A stretch of DNA of 64,000 bases from an uncultured Chlamydiales bacterium. GTDB lineage: Bacteria > Chlamydiota > Chlamydiia > Chlamydiales > Rhabdochlamydiaceae. Numbering within the stretch: the stretch's first letter is position 1; every line of letters starts with the position of its first letter. The position numbers and the translations under genes were made by a program. Positions 28,541 to 38,800 of the stretch are shown in pieces. The notes beneath the pieces are model-generated. The model saw only the letters and a program-made list of their open reading frames with translations, was not told the origin of the DNA and ran no database searches. The stretch lies in NCBI GenBank assembly GCA_963700985.1, contig OY969554.1, positions 768,001-832,000 on the forward strand. The letters are read 5' to 3'.

Positions 28541-29616
28541 GATTTTTCTGTCTCAGCCGCCAGCCTCTGCTCATAGAAAAAAGTGACGAGCGCTTGCGTG
28601 AGATCTTCTAGATCCCCTTCCATCACGAAGTCGAGTTTATAAAGAGTAAGATCGATACGATGATCGGTTACACGGTTTTGCGGGAAGTTGTATGTACGAA
28701 TACGCTCGGACCTATCCCCTGAACCGACTTGTGTGGATCTAATCGAAGACATCTCTTCTTGGGCTTTACGCTGCTTTTCTTCAGTAATCTTTGCAGTTAA
28801 AAGACGCATAGCTTTGTCTTTGTTTTTATGCTGGCTTCGCTCTTCCTGGCAATAGACCACAGTGCCGGTTGGAATGTGAGTGATACGCACAGCTGAATCG
28901 GTGGTATTAACGTGCTGTCCGCCAGCTCCTGATGAGCGGTACGTATCGATCCTTAAATCCCTTTCATCGAGAACAATCTTCTCGTCTTCGTCAGGCTCTA
29001 CCAGAACCGCCACGGTAATAGCTGAAGTATGTACGCGACCTTGCGCTTCGGTATCAGGCACTCTCTGCACGCGATGCGTGCCGGCTTCGTATTGCATCAT
29101 CCTGAATACGTTTGGCCCAGAAATTCCCATGATATATTCTTTAAAGCCTCCACGCTCAGAGGGAGCACAGGAGAGAAGCTCATAACGCCAGCCTTTCTTA
29201 TCTGCATAGGCTTTATACATACGCACACAATCACCCACAAAGAGCGCGGCCTCATCTCCGCCCGTACCAGCACGAAGCTCTAAAATGATATTTCGATTAT
29301 CTCGAGGATCTGGGGGGACGAGAAAATTCTCTAGACGCACCTGTGCATTTTTTAGCGCAGCTTCTAAAGTTGCTATCTCTTCACGGATGATTTCTTGGAA
29401 ATTTGGATCTTTCTCTTCGCGTGCAAGGATGTGACTTTCGTCTAATTGCTTGCGAAGTTTTTCAGCTTCGTTCCAGACAGCTTTGACATCTGAAAGATAG
29501 GCGTGTTCTTGAGCCAAAGCGCGATATTGCTTTTGATCAGCAAGCACTTCGCTATGACCGAGAAGCTCCTCGACTTTTGAGAGCCGCTCGAGGAGATTAA
29601 GAACACGCTCACGCAC
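28537..29616 (-). CDS. prfA: Peptide chain release factor 1
   Basis: [17 protein letters not shown] (PxT), [15 protein letters not shown]. Confidence 0.97.
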   Translation of the reverse strand: MRERVLNLLERLSKVEELLGHSEVLADQKQYRALAQEHAYLSDVKAVWNEAEKLRKQLDESHILAREEKDPNFQEIIREEIATLEAALKNAQVRLENFLVPPDPRDNRNIILELRAGTGGDEAALFVGDCVRMYKAYADKKGWRYELLSCAPSERGGFKEYIMGISGPNVFRMMQYEAGTHRVQRVPDTEAQGRVHTSAITVAVLVEPDEDEKIVLDERDLRIDTYRSSGAGGQHVNTTDSAVRITHIPTGTVVYCQEERSQHKNKDKAMRLLTAKITEEKQRKAQEEMSSIRSTQVGSGDRSERIRTYNFPQNRVTDHRIDLTLYKLDFVMEGDLEDLTQALVTFFYEQRLAAETEKS

Positions 29617-29621
29617 TTAGC

Positions 29622-30023
29622 TTACTCTTCTTTCTTGGCTTTCTTAGCTGGGGCTTTCTTTTTCTCAGTAGCTTTTTTCTCTGGAGCAGCGGCTTTTTCT
29701 TTCACAGCTTCAGCTTTTTTTTCTACTTTCTTAGCGCCTTTTACTTGAACAGGCTCAGGAGCCGCTTCTTCTTTCTGTTCGAGTTTCTTGCTATAGCGTT
29801 TTTTGAACTTATCAACTCTTCCTTCGGAGTCGACAAACTGCTTGCTTCCAGTGAAGAACGGATGCGAAGCAGAAGAAACTGGCACACGAAAAACAGGATA
29901 TTCCTTGCCTTCGAATGTCTCTTTTTCTTTTGGTTGAAGTGTGGTCCCGCATACGAACTTAAATCCTGTCGAAGAATCGACAAAGAGAACGTCTTGATAT
30001 GGAGGATGTCCTTGTTCTTTCAT
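29622..30023 (-). CDS. rpmE: 50S ribosomal protein L31 (type B) with Lys/Ala/Glu-rich C-terminal extension
   Basis: [29 protein letters not shown]. Confidence 0.93.
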   Translation of the reverse strand: MKEQGHPPYQDVLFVDSSTGFKFVCGTTLQPKEKETFEGKEYPVFRVPVSSASHPFFTGSKQFVDSEGRVDKFKKRYSKKLEQKEEAAPEPVQVKGAKKVEKKAEAVKEKAAAPEKKATEKKKAPAKKAKKEE

Positions 30024-30146
30024 AATATATCCCTTGGAGAATAGTTAAGATGACGTCGATTAAAGCGAAACTTTTGATTAAGGTCAAGAACATCAAAAAG
30101 ATCGGAAGATATTTGCAAAGATTCTCGAAATCATTAAACTTCTTTT

Positions 30147-31052
30147 ATGACTTATTCTAATCCACACCGGCTCGGGCCTTCGCGCGCGCCACGCGCACTA
30201 AAGATTTTAGTGCTAGGCACATTCTTAATCAGCTTGCTAGCTGCGCTCTGTAATAATATCTTTCCGCATCTTTTCGGATTAGCCTCACCCGAACAACTTC
30301 TAGGACTATCCCCTTGGGGAGTCGACCATCTCTTTATATGGCAATTTTTTACTTATCTCTTCGTTCACCCTGTGGTGCACGGAATCTCATTCTCCTTTCT
30401 CCTCTCTTTGGGTTTCAGCCTATATCTCGTTTGGGTGATCGGCACCTCAATTATTGAGAGACGCGGCACAAACTCTTTTTTCCTACTTTATTTTTCCTCG
30501 GGCGTCATCATAGGACTGATCATCGTCTGGCTCCAGAGTCTCGCCCACACCACCGTCCCCTTTGCAGGCAACACTCCTACCCTTTACGCGATCTTAGTGG
30601 CCTGGATAATGCTCTACCCAGAAGCGCAACTCTTATTTTTGCTAGCACTTCCCTTAAAAGCTAAGTGGCTCGTCCTGTCTATCTTGGCAGCCAACTTGCT
30701 TATTGACCTCTCAGTAGGCGAGTGGTTAAACGCCATTGTCTATTCAAGCGGAGCTCTTTTTGGATATTTCTATTGTCTGATCTTCTGGAAAGTTAATGGA
30801 CCTTTTCAGGCCATTCGACCGTTTGAAGATAGTTTTATAAGACTTTTAGGAGGAACCCCCAAATCTTCTGGACATCACGCACATTCAAGCCGAGCCAAAA
30901 TCTATGATTTTAAAACAGGTCGTGCGATTTTGACTGATGAGGAGTTTCTAGAAGAGATGCTCTCAAAGATCTCTCTTCTTGGAAAAAGCAGCTTGTCTTG
31001 GAAAGAGCGTTTCCGCCTGCGCCGTATCTCCAAACGCCGAAAGCAAAAGTAA
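30147..31052 (+). CDS. Rhomboid-family membrane protein, apparently lacking the catalytic Ser/His
   Basis: WQFFTYLFVH, G..IIER.G...F...Y..SG; GNT and VYSSGALFGY at the catalytic positions. Confidence 0.7.
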   Translation: MTYSNPHRLGPSRAPRALKILVLGTFLISLLAALCNNIFPHLFGLASPEQLLGLSPWGVDHLFIWQFFTYLFVHPVVHGISFSFLLSLGFSLYLVWVIGTSIIERRGTNSFFLLYFSSGVIIGLIIVWLQSLAHTTVPFAGNTPTLYAILVAWIMLYPEAQLLFLLALPLKAKWLVLSILAANLLIDLSVGEWLNAIVYSSGALFGYFYCLIFWKVNGPFQAIRPFEDSFIRLLGGTPKSSGHHAHSSRAKIYDFKTGRAILTDEEFLEEMLSKISLLGKSSLSWKERFRLRRISKRRKQK

Positions 31053-31062
31053 GCTATAATTG

Positions 31063-31130
31063 GGAATAACAAGATGTCAGGATATTCTAACTATCCTGTG
31101 TATCCTACCTGATCCTACTCATCCTGTAAT
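31063..31130. repeat. ATCCT 9-10-nt period repeat with degenerate inverted arm between convergent genes
   Basis: ATCCT at 31093, 31102, 31112 and 31121; left arm gaataacaagatgtcaggat. Confidence 0.6.
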
Positions 31131-31150
31131 TTTTTCACTCAATTAGGAAG

Positions 31151-31837
31151 TTAGCCTTTCTTTTCGGCATCGCGCGCTAAGAAAGCCATTCTGGCTGTAA
31201 GCAAACCTTCTAATACGCCCTCTTCATAACGAAAAAGCGGGTGACATTCAAGCTGTGCAAAATCGTTGGGCTGCAATAGGTCCTCAGCTGTTACTTTTGG
31301 AACGATTCCTTGTGCACAAGAAAGAAGACGCTGCTTTTGAGAATGCACCAGTTCATCAAATAGCTCGTTGTTTTGTGCATTCTCCTTGCGTCTGGTCTGA
31401 AAAAAACGTCGCATAAGATCTGCCGATTCTTCTTGCAAAACACCCGCTTCGACTTTGAGTTGATGCGTAGGATGCTTTCTGGCCAAAAGATCGATAAAAC
31501 TTCCATCAGCTCCATGACGCAGATCTTTGGCACCCCAAACTAGCTTTTCGACACGCGATAGCAGAAGCGCTCCCGCACACATTGAACATGGCTCCAGAGT
31601 GCAGTAGAGCGTAGCTCCAGCAAGACGCCAGTTTTCGAAATACCGCGCACCAGCCTTTATACAGAGCATCTCTGCATGTGCAGATGCGTCTTTTTGTGTT
31701 TCCACTTCATTATGCGCTCTAGCTATGATCTTTTCTTCATAAACTAGCACAGCTCCAACCGGAACTTCGCCTTTTTCAAAAGCTTTTTGAGCTTCTTTTA
31801 AGGCCTCACGCATAAAAAATTCATGCTCTTCCAACAT
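31151..31837 (-). CDS. tadA: tRNA adenosine deaminase TadA with fused ~75-aa C-terminal domain
   Basis: EVPVGAV, AHAE, TLEPCSMCAG; extra tail EDLLQPNDF...PLFRYEEGVLEG. Confidence 0.9.
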   Translation of the reverse strand: MLEEHEFFMREALKEAQKAFEKGEVPVGAVLVYEEKIIARAHNEVETQKDASAHAEMLCIKAGARYFENWRLAGATLYCTLEPCSMCAGALLLSRVEKLVWGAKDLRHGADGSFIDLLARKHPTHQLKVEAGVLQEESADLMRRFFQTRRKENAQNNELFDELVHSQKQRLLSCAQGIVPKVTAEDLLQPNDFAQLECHPLFRYEEGVLEGLLTARMAFLARDAEKKG

Positions 31838-32038
31838 AGATCTCTCTTTAAATTAAGTCGTAAATGTAGCAGAATGGTGCCTTCGTATCTAGGGAGAATG
31901 GCGTTCAAACCTTAAATTCAAATTCGCTTACTTGAGTGGAACCGAATTTTGGGATTGAACGTTTAATGATGCTTATGGTATAAATCTGAGTAAAGTTTTT
32001 TATCTTCTCAACTCTCAATCATCAGGGAGATACAATAA

Positions 32039-32308
32039 ATGTCTTTAGACAAAGGTACCAAAGAAGAAATCACCAAGAAGTTCCAACTCCATGAGAAGGA
32101 TACTGGCTCGGCTGACGTTCAGATCGCTATTCTGACCGAAAGAATCGCTGAATTAACGGACCACCTCAAGTTGGCTCCAAAAGACCACAGTTCGCGTCTT
32201 GCCCTGTTAAAACTCGTTGGGCAGCGAAGAAAATTGTTGGATTACCTCAATTCGACAGATACAAAGCGCTATCAAACTTTGATTGTGCGCCTAAATCTCA
32301 GAAAGTAA
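32039..32308 (+). CDS. rpsO: 30S ribosomal protein S15
   Basis: [18 protein letters not shown]....[19 protein letters not shown]. Confidence 0.97.
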   Translation: MSLDKGTKEEITKKFQLHEKDTGSADVQIAILTERIAELTDHLKLAPKDHSSRLALLKLVGQRRKLLDYLNSTDTKRYQTLIVRLNLRK

Positions 32309-32355
32309 GTAGGAATAATTTTTCTTTCCGCTGTTTTCCCCTTCATGCTATGTTT

Positions 32356-32392
32356 ATGCTCCCTTTGTTTTCAGAGGGAGCATTGCTTTTTT
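32356..32392 (+). terminator. Intrinsic terminator after rpsO
   Basis: atgctcccttt-loop-agagggagcat followed by tgctttttt. Confidence 0.65.
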
Positions 32393-32397
32393 AACCC

Positions 32398-32462
32398 GAG
32401 GATGAAAGGTCCACTTTTGCTTAATAAAATATTTATATTGCAAAAGTGGTCAGTTCATCCTC
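32398..32462 (+). promoter_or_regulatory. Long stem-loop in the pnp leader (putative RNase III site)
   Basis: GAGGATGAA/TTCATCCTC and CCACTTTTGC/GCAAAAGTGG arms with an internal loop. Confidence 0.6.
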
Positions 32463-32494
32463 AAAATATTCTTTTTTTTAAGGAGAACCCCTAA

Positions 32495-34624
32495 ATGTTT
32501 ACTAAACATCATTCAAAAACAATTTCGATTGCAGGCAAAGACCTCACCTTTGAAACAGGCAAAATCGCAAGACAAGCCAACGGTGCAGTAACTCTTCGCG
32601 CTGGCGATACTGTTCTATTAGCCACAGCTTGTGCTTCTCCAAAAGCATCAGCTGACATCGACTTTTTCCCTCTACGTGTGGATTATCAGGAAAAATTTTC
32701 TGCCGCAGGTAAATCTCTCGGTGGATTTCTCAAACGCGAAGGCCGCCCTTCTGAGCGCGAGATCCTCACCTGCCGTTTAATCGACCGTCCTCTAAGACCT
32801 ATGTTCGTCGATGGCTATTATAACGAAGTACAAATCCTGGCTTACGTGCTTTCTTATGACAGTGCGCACACACCAGAGCCTCTTGCCATCTGTGCAGCTT
32901 CGGCCGCACTCGTTATCTCTGATATCCCCCTAATTAAGCCTATTGGTGCAGTGCGTGTGGGTCTTATCGACGATAATTTTATCATCAACCCAACACTCGA
33001 AGAGCAAAAGCGTTCAAAACTGGACCTGCTTTTAGCTGGTACTGACGATGCGATCCTCATGATTGAGGGATATGCTGACTTCCTCTCTGAAGAACAATTC
33101 CTGGATGCTATTGAAGAAGGCCATCAGGCTATTCAGAAAATATGCGAAGGTCTATCCGACTGGCAAAAAGAGATCGGCAAGCCTAAGCAAATGGGAGAAC
33201 TCCGCGTTGCTTCAAAAGAGCTCGAAAAAGAGATCGACCAGAGAGCTGCTAGCACGCTAATGGAAGCTTTCAAAATTAAAGACAAAATGGAACGTGACGA
33301 CAAGATCAGCGAACTTAAAGAAACTATTTTGGCTGCTCTTATGCCTGAAGGTGAAGAGCCGAAATATTCTAAAGTCGATATCATGATGTCTTTTAAAAAA
33401 ATTCACGCTCACTACCTCAGACACAAAATTGTTAAAGAGAATCGCCGTAGCGACGGAAGAACTTGCGAAGATATCCGCCAAATCAACGTTGAAACAGGCA
33501 TTTTGCCTCGCACACACGGTAGCGCCCTCTTCACTCGCGGAGAGACACAGGCTTTAGCTGTAGCAACTTTAGGCGGCGAAAGCATGGGCCAACGCTTTGA
33601 AACACTTGAAGGCGAAAGCGCTCACCGTTTCTACTTGCAATACTCTTTCCCTCCTTTCTCAGTAGGTGAAGTCGGCCGCATTGGTTCTGCCGGAAGAAGA
33701 GAAATTGGACACGGCAAACTAGCCGAGCGCGCACTGTATATGACAGTGCCAAGACACGAGAGCTTCCCTTATGTTATTCGTTTAGAATCTAACATCACAG
33801 AGTCTAACGGCTCTTCATCAATGGCTTCTGTTTGCGGATGCTGTCTTGCGCTGATGGATGCAGGCATTCCAATCCAGCGCCCGATTGCAGGGATTGCGAT
33901 GGGTCTGATTCTTGAAGAAGATGGCAAATTTGCGATTCTTTCTGACATTCTCGGGGAAGAAGACTTCCTCGGCGACATGGACTTCAAAATCGCCGGCGAT
34001 GCGCGTGGTATTACTGCTTTCCAACTCGATATCAAAATCGAAGGGATTAATAAGCAGATCATGAAAGCTGCAGTAGCTCAAGCTAAACAAGGCTTGGTAC
34101 ATATCCTGCAAAAGATGTTGGAAGTCTGCCCTAAATCGAAAGAGCATCTTTCAAACTACGCTCCACATATCGAAACCGTTCAAATCAAACCGAGCAAAAT
34201 CGGGATTGTGATTGGACCAGGTGGTAAGCAGATCCGTGCCATTGTTGAAGAAACAGGCGCAGAGATCGACATCAACGATAGCGGACTGGTTAGCATCACA
34301 GCCACCTCTAAAGAATCGATGGAAAAAGCTAAGAAGATCGTGCACGACCTCACAGCAGATGTTGAGATCGGCAAGACCTACACAGGCCGCGTCGTATCCG
34401 TGGTTGAATTTGGATGCTTCGTCGAAATCTTCCCAGGCAAGGAAGGACTTTGCCACATCTCTGAACTCGCACATGCACGCGTCCAAAACGTACGCGATAT
34501 CTGCAAAGAGGGCGACATGATGGAAGTGAAAGTTCTCGACGTTAACGACCGTGGACAGATCAAGCTCAGCCGCAAAGCTCTGCTTCCTCCCCCTGCTCGT
34601 CAAGAAGCTCCCGCCCAAAAGTAA
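32495..34624 (+). CDS. pnp: Polyribonucleotide nucleotidyltransferase
   Basis: [41 protein letters not shown] and S1 domains. Confidence 0.98.
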   Translation: MFTKHHSKTISIAGKDLTFETGKIARQANGAVTLRAGDTVLLATACASPKASADIDFFPLRVDYQEKFSAAGKSLGGFLKREGRPSEREILTCRLIDRPLRPMFVDGYYNEVQILAYVLSYDSAHTPEPLAICAASAALVISDIPLIKPIGAVRVGLIDDNFIINPTLEEQKRSKLDLLLAGTDDAILMIEGYADFLSEEQFLDAIEEGHQAIQKICEGLSDWQKEIGKPKQMGELRVASKELEKEIDQRAASTLMEAFKIKDKMERDDKISELKETILAALMPEGEEPKYSKVDIMMSFKKIHAHYLRHKIVKENRRSDGRTCEDIRQINVETGILPRTHGSALFTRGETQALAVATLGGESMGQRFETLEGESAHRFYLQYSFPPFSVGEVGRIGSAGRREIGHGKLAERALYMTVPRHESFPYVIRLESNITESNGSSSMASVCGCCLALMDAGIPIQRPIAGIAMGLILEEDGKFAILSDILGEEDFLGDMDFKIAGDARGITAFQLDIKIEGINKQIMKAAVAQAKQGLVHILQKMLEVCPKSKEHLSNYAPHIETVQIKPSKIGIVIGPGGKQIRAIVEETGAEIDINDSGLVSITATSKESMEKAKKIVHDLTADVEIGKTYTGRVVSVVEFGCFVEIFPGKEGLCHISELAHARVQNVRDICKEGDMMEVKVLDVNDRGQIKLSRKALLPPPARQEAPAQK

Positions 34625-34645
34625 ACTCCCAAGTTACTCATAATC

Positions 34646-34683
34646 AAAAAGACTTCTTCCTTCGGGAAGAAGTCTTTTTTTTT
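34646..34683 (+). terminator. Intrinsic terminator after pnp
   Basis: aaaaagacttcttcc-ttcg-ggaagaagtc followed by a long T run. Confidence 0.85.
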
Positions 34684-34715
34684 GCATCATCATAACATCT
34701 TTTTTATCACTTACC

Positions 34716-34942
34716 CTATAGACATGTCGGGTGACTAAAGTCCCCCGCGACCCCTTGAGCTGTTCATGCTTTGATCAACATTCGCTTCGCTCATTATTGC
34801 GTCCTCGTCGCTGCGTCGTGACAAAGCACTGCCTCGCTCCTGCGGTGCAATTGCTCTTTGCCTGAAACAGCCTCGGGCTGCAACGAGCACTCCTTCCCCA
34901 AACCTACGGTTCGTGGCCCCTTCCATGTCGCGTTGCAGTATC
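34716..34942 (-). repeat. GC-rich structured arm, copy A (inverted relative to B and C)
   Basis: Begins CTATAGACATGTCGGGTGACTAAAGTCCCCCGCGACCCC; near-identical to the reverse complement of copy C over ~150 nt. Confidence 0.92.
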
Positions 34943-34970
34943 AACTTACTAATTTTTACACGAATGTATT

Positions 34971-35032
34971 TGCTCTCTTAAAAATAAATGAATGGTACTG
35001 CGAAGCGATTGGGGAAGAGCGCTAGTTGAAGC
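34971..35032 (+). repeat. Truncated, internally deleted copy of the 5' end of arm B
   Basis: tgctctcttaaaaataaat..atggtactgcga/agcgattggggaagagcgc.agttg.agc repeats 35408-35495 with a 26-nt deletion between GCGA microhomologies. Confidence 0.85.
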
Positions 35033-35098
35033 TGGAAGTAAATAACTCCAATTTACTTCATTGCAAAGAAGCCCTTGCCATCCATATCATTGGGTAAT

Positions 35099-35368
35099 AT
35101 GGGTATTTCGGTTCTAAAAACAGATGAACGAGTAGAGACAGTCTACTTCACTAGAGATTCATTAGTTGTCGATCTCAGGGATGGTCGCACTATCTCTGTT
35201 CCTTTAACTTGGTATCCCAAGTTGCTAAAAGCAGCTCAAAAACAAAGATCGAACTGGGAAATCTGCGGTGGTGGATACGGAATCCATTGGCCAGAAATTG
35301 ATGAAGATTTAAGCACCGAAGGACTATTGCGAGGATCTCCGGCTCCAAAAGTAAAAGTTCGATTGTAG
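35099..35368 (+). CDS. DUF2442 family protein (putative antitoxin), no partner gene
   Basis: L.DGRTISVPL.WYP.L..A...QR.NW.I.GGG.GIHWP.IDEDLS..GLL.G signature. Confidence 0.85.
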   Translation: MGISVLKTDERVETVYFTRDSLVVDLRDGRTISVPLTWYPKLLKAAQKQRSNWEICGGGYGIHWPEIDEDLSTEGLLRGSPAPKVKVRL

Positions 35369-35431
35369 AGACGCTTTTCTAACAATGTAATGCCATATAA
35401 ACTCATATGCTCTCTTAAAAATAAATAGATG

Positions 35432-35759
35432 GTACTGCGACGGGACGCGGAAGGGGTCCCCAGCGAAGCGATTGGGGAAGAGCGCCAGTTGCAGCCCGCG
35501 GCTGTTTCAGGCAAAGAGCAATTGCACCGCAGGAGAGCCCGGTAGGGCGTGCGGGCTGTTGAAGACATGAAAAGGTCCAGTGGACCTTTGTAATGCGAAA
35601 CAGGTGAGCAGAGCGAACCGGGCCCGGAGGGGTACTGTGTACACCCCGCCTTCGAGGACGCAATAATGAGCGAAGCGAATGCTGATCAAAGCATGAACAG
35701 CTCAAAGGGCCAGCAGGGGGCACGGACACATTTGTGCCGTGTCCCCGACATGTCTATAG
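35432..35759 (+). repeat. GC-rich structured arm, copy B (with 117-nt alternative central module)
   Basis: Shares caggcaaagagcaattgcaccgcaggag, cgaggacgcaataatgagcgaagcgaatg and cccgacatgtctatag with A and C. Confidence 0.92.
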
Positions 35760-35773
35760 ACCAAAGAAAAAAA

Positions 35774-35810
35774 TAAAAACGGAGAGGGTATTGAAAAACA
35801 CCCTCTCTTA
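35774..35810 (-). terminator. Intrinsic terminator of the autotransporter gene
   Basis: gagagggt...accctctc stem with an A-run on the left (T-run on minus strand). Confidence 0.7.
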
Positions 35811-35822
35811 TTTAAGAAGTGA

Positions 35823-38800
35823 TTAGAAGCGGTAGGAGAACTCGACGCCGGCGTTGTGGTCGGTGAAATGCTTGCCAAATTCGCCGTCGTAGAAGAGCGA
35901 CCAGATGAGCTTGTCATCCATGTGATAGCCAGTTAAAGCTGCGCCTGGGCTAAAGAGGCTGCGATTTGGTTTCATGCCTGAGACGGTAAAGGGAACATCG
36001 GTTCCGACAAACTCGGCTGTGTAATGTTTACCTTGGAAGCGAATTTCTCTTACCCAGCTGAACTTCACGTCAGGCACAAATTTCCAGGTCTTACGAGTAA
36101 AGCATCTTGCAAATCCTAATCCCAGCTCATTTCTGAGCATTTTAGATTCTTTAGAGCCCACATGCAGATCTAATGATTGCGCGCCTTTTTCGGTGAAGCT
36201 ATTTTCATGCAAGTAGATGTAATCGACTTGATCAAAGGGTCGGATTTCAATCCCTCCCAAGTTAAATAAGAAGCCTGCGCCGAGATCTGCATCGACTTCA
36301 AAACCATCGTGGGTATTTCTAGCTGTGCGATCAAAGATGGGCGAAACGAGCTTACGTGAAGCTTCATAAGAGTTATAGGCACCTAACACCGCGGTGTTAA
36401 CGTAGAAGTAATCGTTAAAATAGCCTCCGTATGCTCCACCGTAATAACTATCGATATCGCCATGCGCTCTCGATACGCTCCAGCGTACGTCGGTATGTGT
36501 GTAACTCAAGGCTGTTCCAAAGAAGAAGTTAGAGAAACAACCGAAATCCATTCCAAGAACGGCACCGCCTGATCTTGTATGGAAACCGCTTTGTCCTTGA
36601 ATACCATCTTCTGCTGAATAATCGCCGATGCCGGTTGCCCAGAGGTCTACTTTATCTTCCGGACTGCAATATTTGATGCAATCGGCGAGATAGAACTCAT
36701 CCATGCGATGCGAGATAGCTTCTCTCACTCTAGTTGTGATGTTTTCTTGAGCCAGAGCTAACCCTTTAAATATCGAAGGTTGCATCTGATTTAAAGCAGC
36801 TTTAATCTCAAGCAGAGGAAGGAAGCGAAGCTCTGCCTCGATGTTGCCTAAGTCTGTTCCAGCGGCTGGATTAATTTCATCGAGCGCCACCGCAACAGCT
36901 TGAGGATTACCCGTAAACCCTAACTCTGCCAAATCCACTTTAGTGACTGAGCCAAAGAGTAGATCGTCAGGCGTATAGATCAAAGTTGCTTTGAAGGTTG
37001 GGAATGTATCGACGACGTTCGTAAAGGTTCCAGTCAACCCACCAAGTGTGTCAATAATGGTGAAGGAAACATTTTTTGGGTAAGAGCCAGGTGTGGGTGT
37101 AATCTCAATCGTGGTATTATTCTCGATAGTGGCGGTTCCCGAGATTATAATTTCGTCCGAAGCCGTTGGGCTAACCTCAATTAAAAGTGTCGAACCCGAA
37201 CCTTGGGTGTAATTTCCATCAATATTTATCGTGCCGATAGAATTACCAGGTGACATCACACCACCGTTTCCTATCGTGACGTCTCCGACAATCGTGCCAG
37301 TTCCACCTAGAGTTCCAGTTCTGCCAAAACCTCCAACTACAGAGACCGGGCTAGTCAGTGTGTTATTTACAAGCAGCGTAGATTGGACATTGGTTTGTGC
37401 TTGTGTAACGCTTCCTGGGAGTGCAAGGGTAAGGCTTGCGGGATTAAGGCCCCCTCCACTTTGTATGTTTAAAGTACCGCTTCCCGTAATTGTTCCCGTA
37501 TATGTGCCGGACGAATGCTGAGTAAAGTTTAAGACGTTGGTGTTCGATACCAAGCTTGTGCTTGGTAAGCTAGAGGTGTCTACAGTTAAAGTTGAAGAGT
37601 TGGTGGTAGGTCCTGAATAGGTATTTGTTCCACCAACAAGATTGAGAGAGCCCGCGTCGGTCACTGTTAATCCGCCGCTTCCTCCGGTAATATTGCCTGA
37701 GAAAGTTCCGAAGCCTGAAGCATCGATGTTTAAGATGTTATTGCCCAGTACAACAGCTGAACCGTTCACGCCATTTAGATTACCGATGGAAGGACCTCCA
37801 ATCACTGTGCTTGCGCTAATATCTAATGTGCCGCTGCCGGTGTCTGCTGTGATATCCGAAGAGATCAAATTGCCATTCCCCGAAAGAGCTAGCGTTCCTG
37901 AATTAATCGTTGTTGAGCCATAGTTGTTAGCAGCTTCAAGTGTAAGCGTATTTGGTCCTATTAAAGTCAGGCCGCCACTCCCTGTAATCGCTGTTGAGAC
38001 TGTGAAGTCAGATTCCACATCGATAGTTGAAGCAGAAGTCAAGGTGATTGTACGTCCTGTTGTTACTGGATTAGTTGCCACCTGAAGAGTTCCACCAGCA
38101 AGTGTGAGGGGATTGGCTGTTAAGCCGAGGTTATTATCTGCGGAGATGCTGATTACCCCAGCATTGATGCTTGTTCCACCTGTATAGGTATTGCTTCCAC
38201 CAAGAGTTAGCGTTCCTGTTCCTTGCATAGTAAGAGATCCGCCTGTGCTGCTTATCACTCCAGAAAAAGTGGTGCTATCGGATGTGCCAACAGTGAGATC
38301 AGTTGGTCCCAATACTAGCAGACCTCCCGAAACTCCCGACAGATCACCGATCGTTTGAGGTGCGCCAGCATTTGTGAGGTCAAGCTTAGCTCCAGAGGCT
38401 GTGATGTTCACGCTGCCAGTAGAAGGGAAAGCCGTGCTTGAGTTGATCTGCAGCGTACCTGCGTTAATATTTGCGCCAGTGAAAGTGTTTGTTCCAGAAA
38501 AGATAGCGATGCCGCTGCCTTGCTTGGTGATCCCAGCTGTGCTGGTTAGATTTCCAGCAAAGGTTGTAGAAGTAGTAGCTGTACCGAAGGTTAGGGCATT
38601 TGCACCCATGGTGAGAAGAGCGCCAGAAACTCCCGAAAGATCGCCGATAGTTTGTGCTGAGCTGCTATTACTGAAATCAAGCGTAGCCCCAGAAGCAGAG
38701 ATATTCGCACTAGCTGTAGAGGGGAAAGCCGTGCTCGCATTGATCTGCAAAGTACCTGCAGAAATGTTTGCACCAGTGAAAGTATTTGTTCCAGAAAAGA

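Noticed and set aside
31901-31962. Imperfect hairpin upstream of rpsO
   Set aside because: The pairing is weak and overlaps a plausible promoter (TTGAAC..TATAAA); not enough to call an RNA element.
34716-35759. Group II intron, CRISPR array or integron attC interpretation of the arms
   Set aside because: The arms end in hairpin-CCCGAC, but I see no domain V, reverse transcriptase, regular repeat-spacer pattern, cas gene, integrase or attC R-box pairing.
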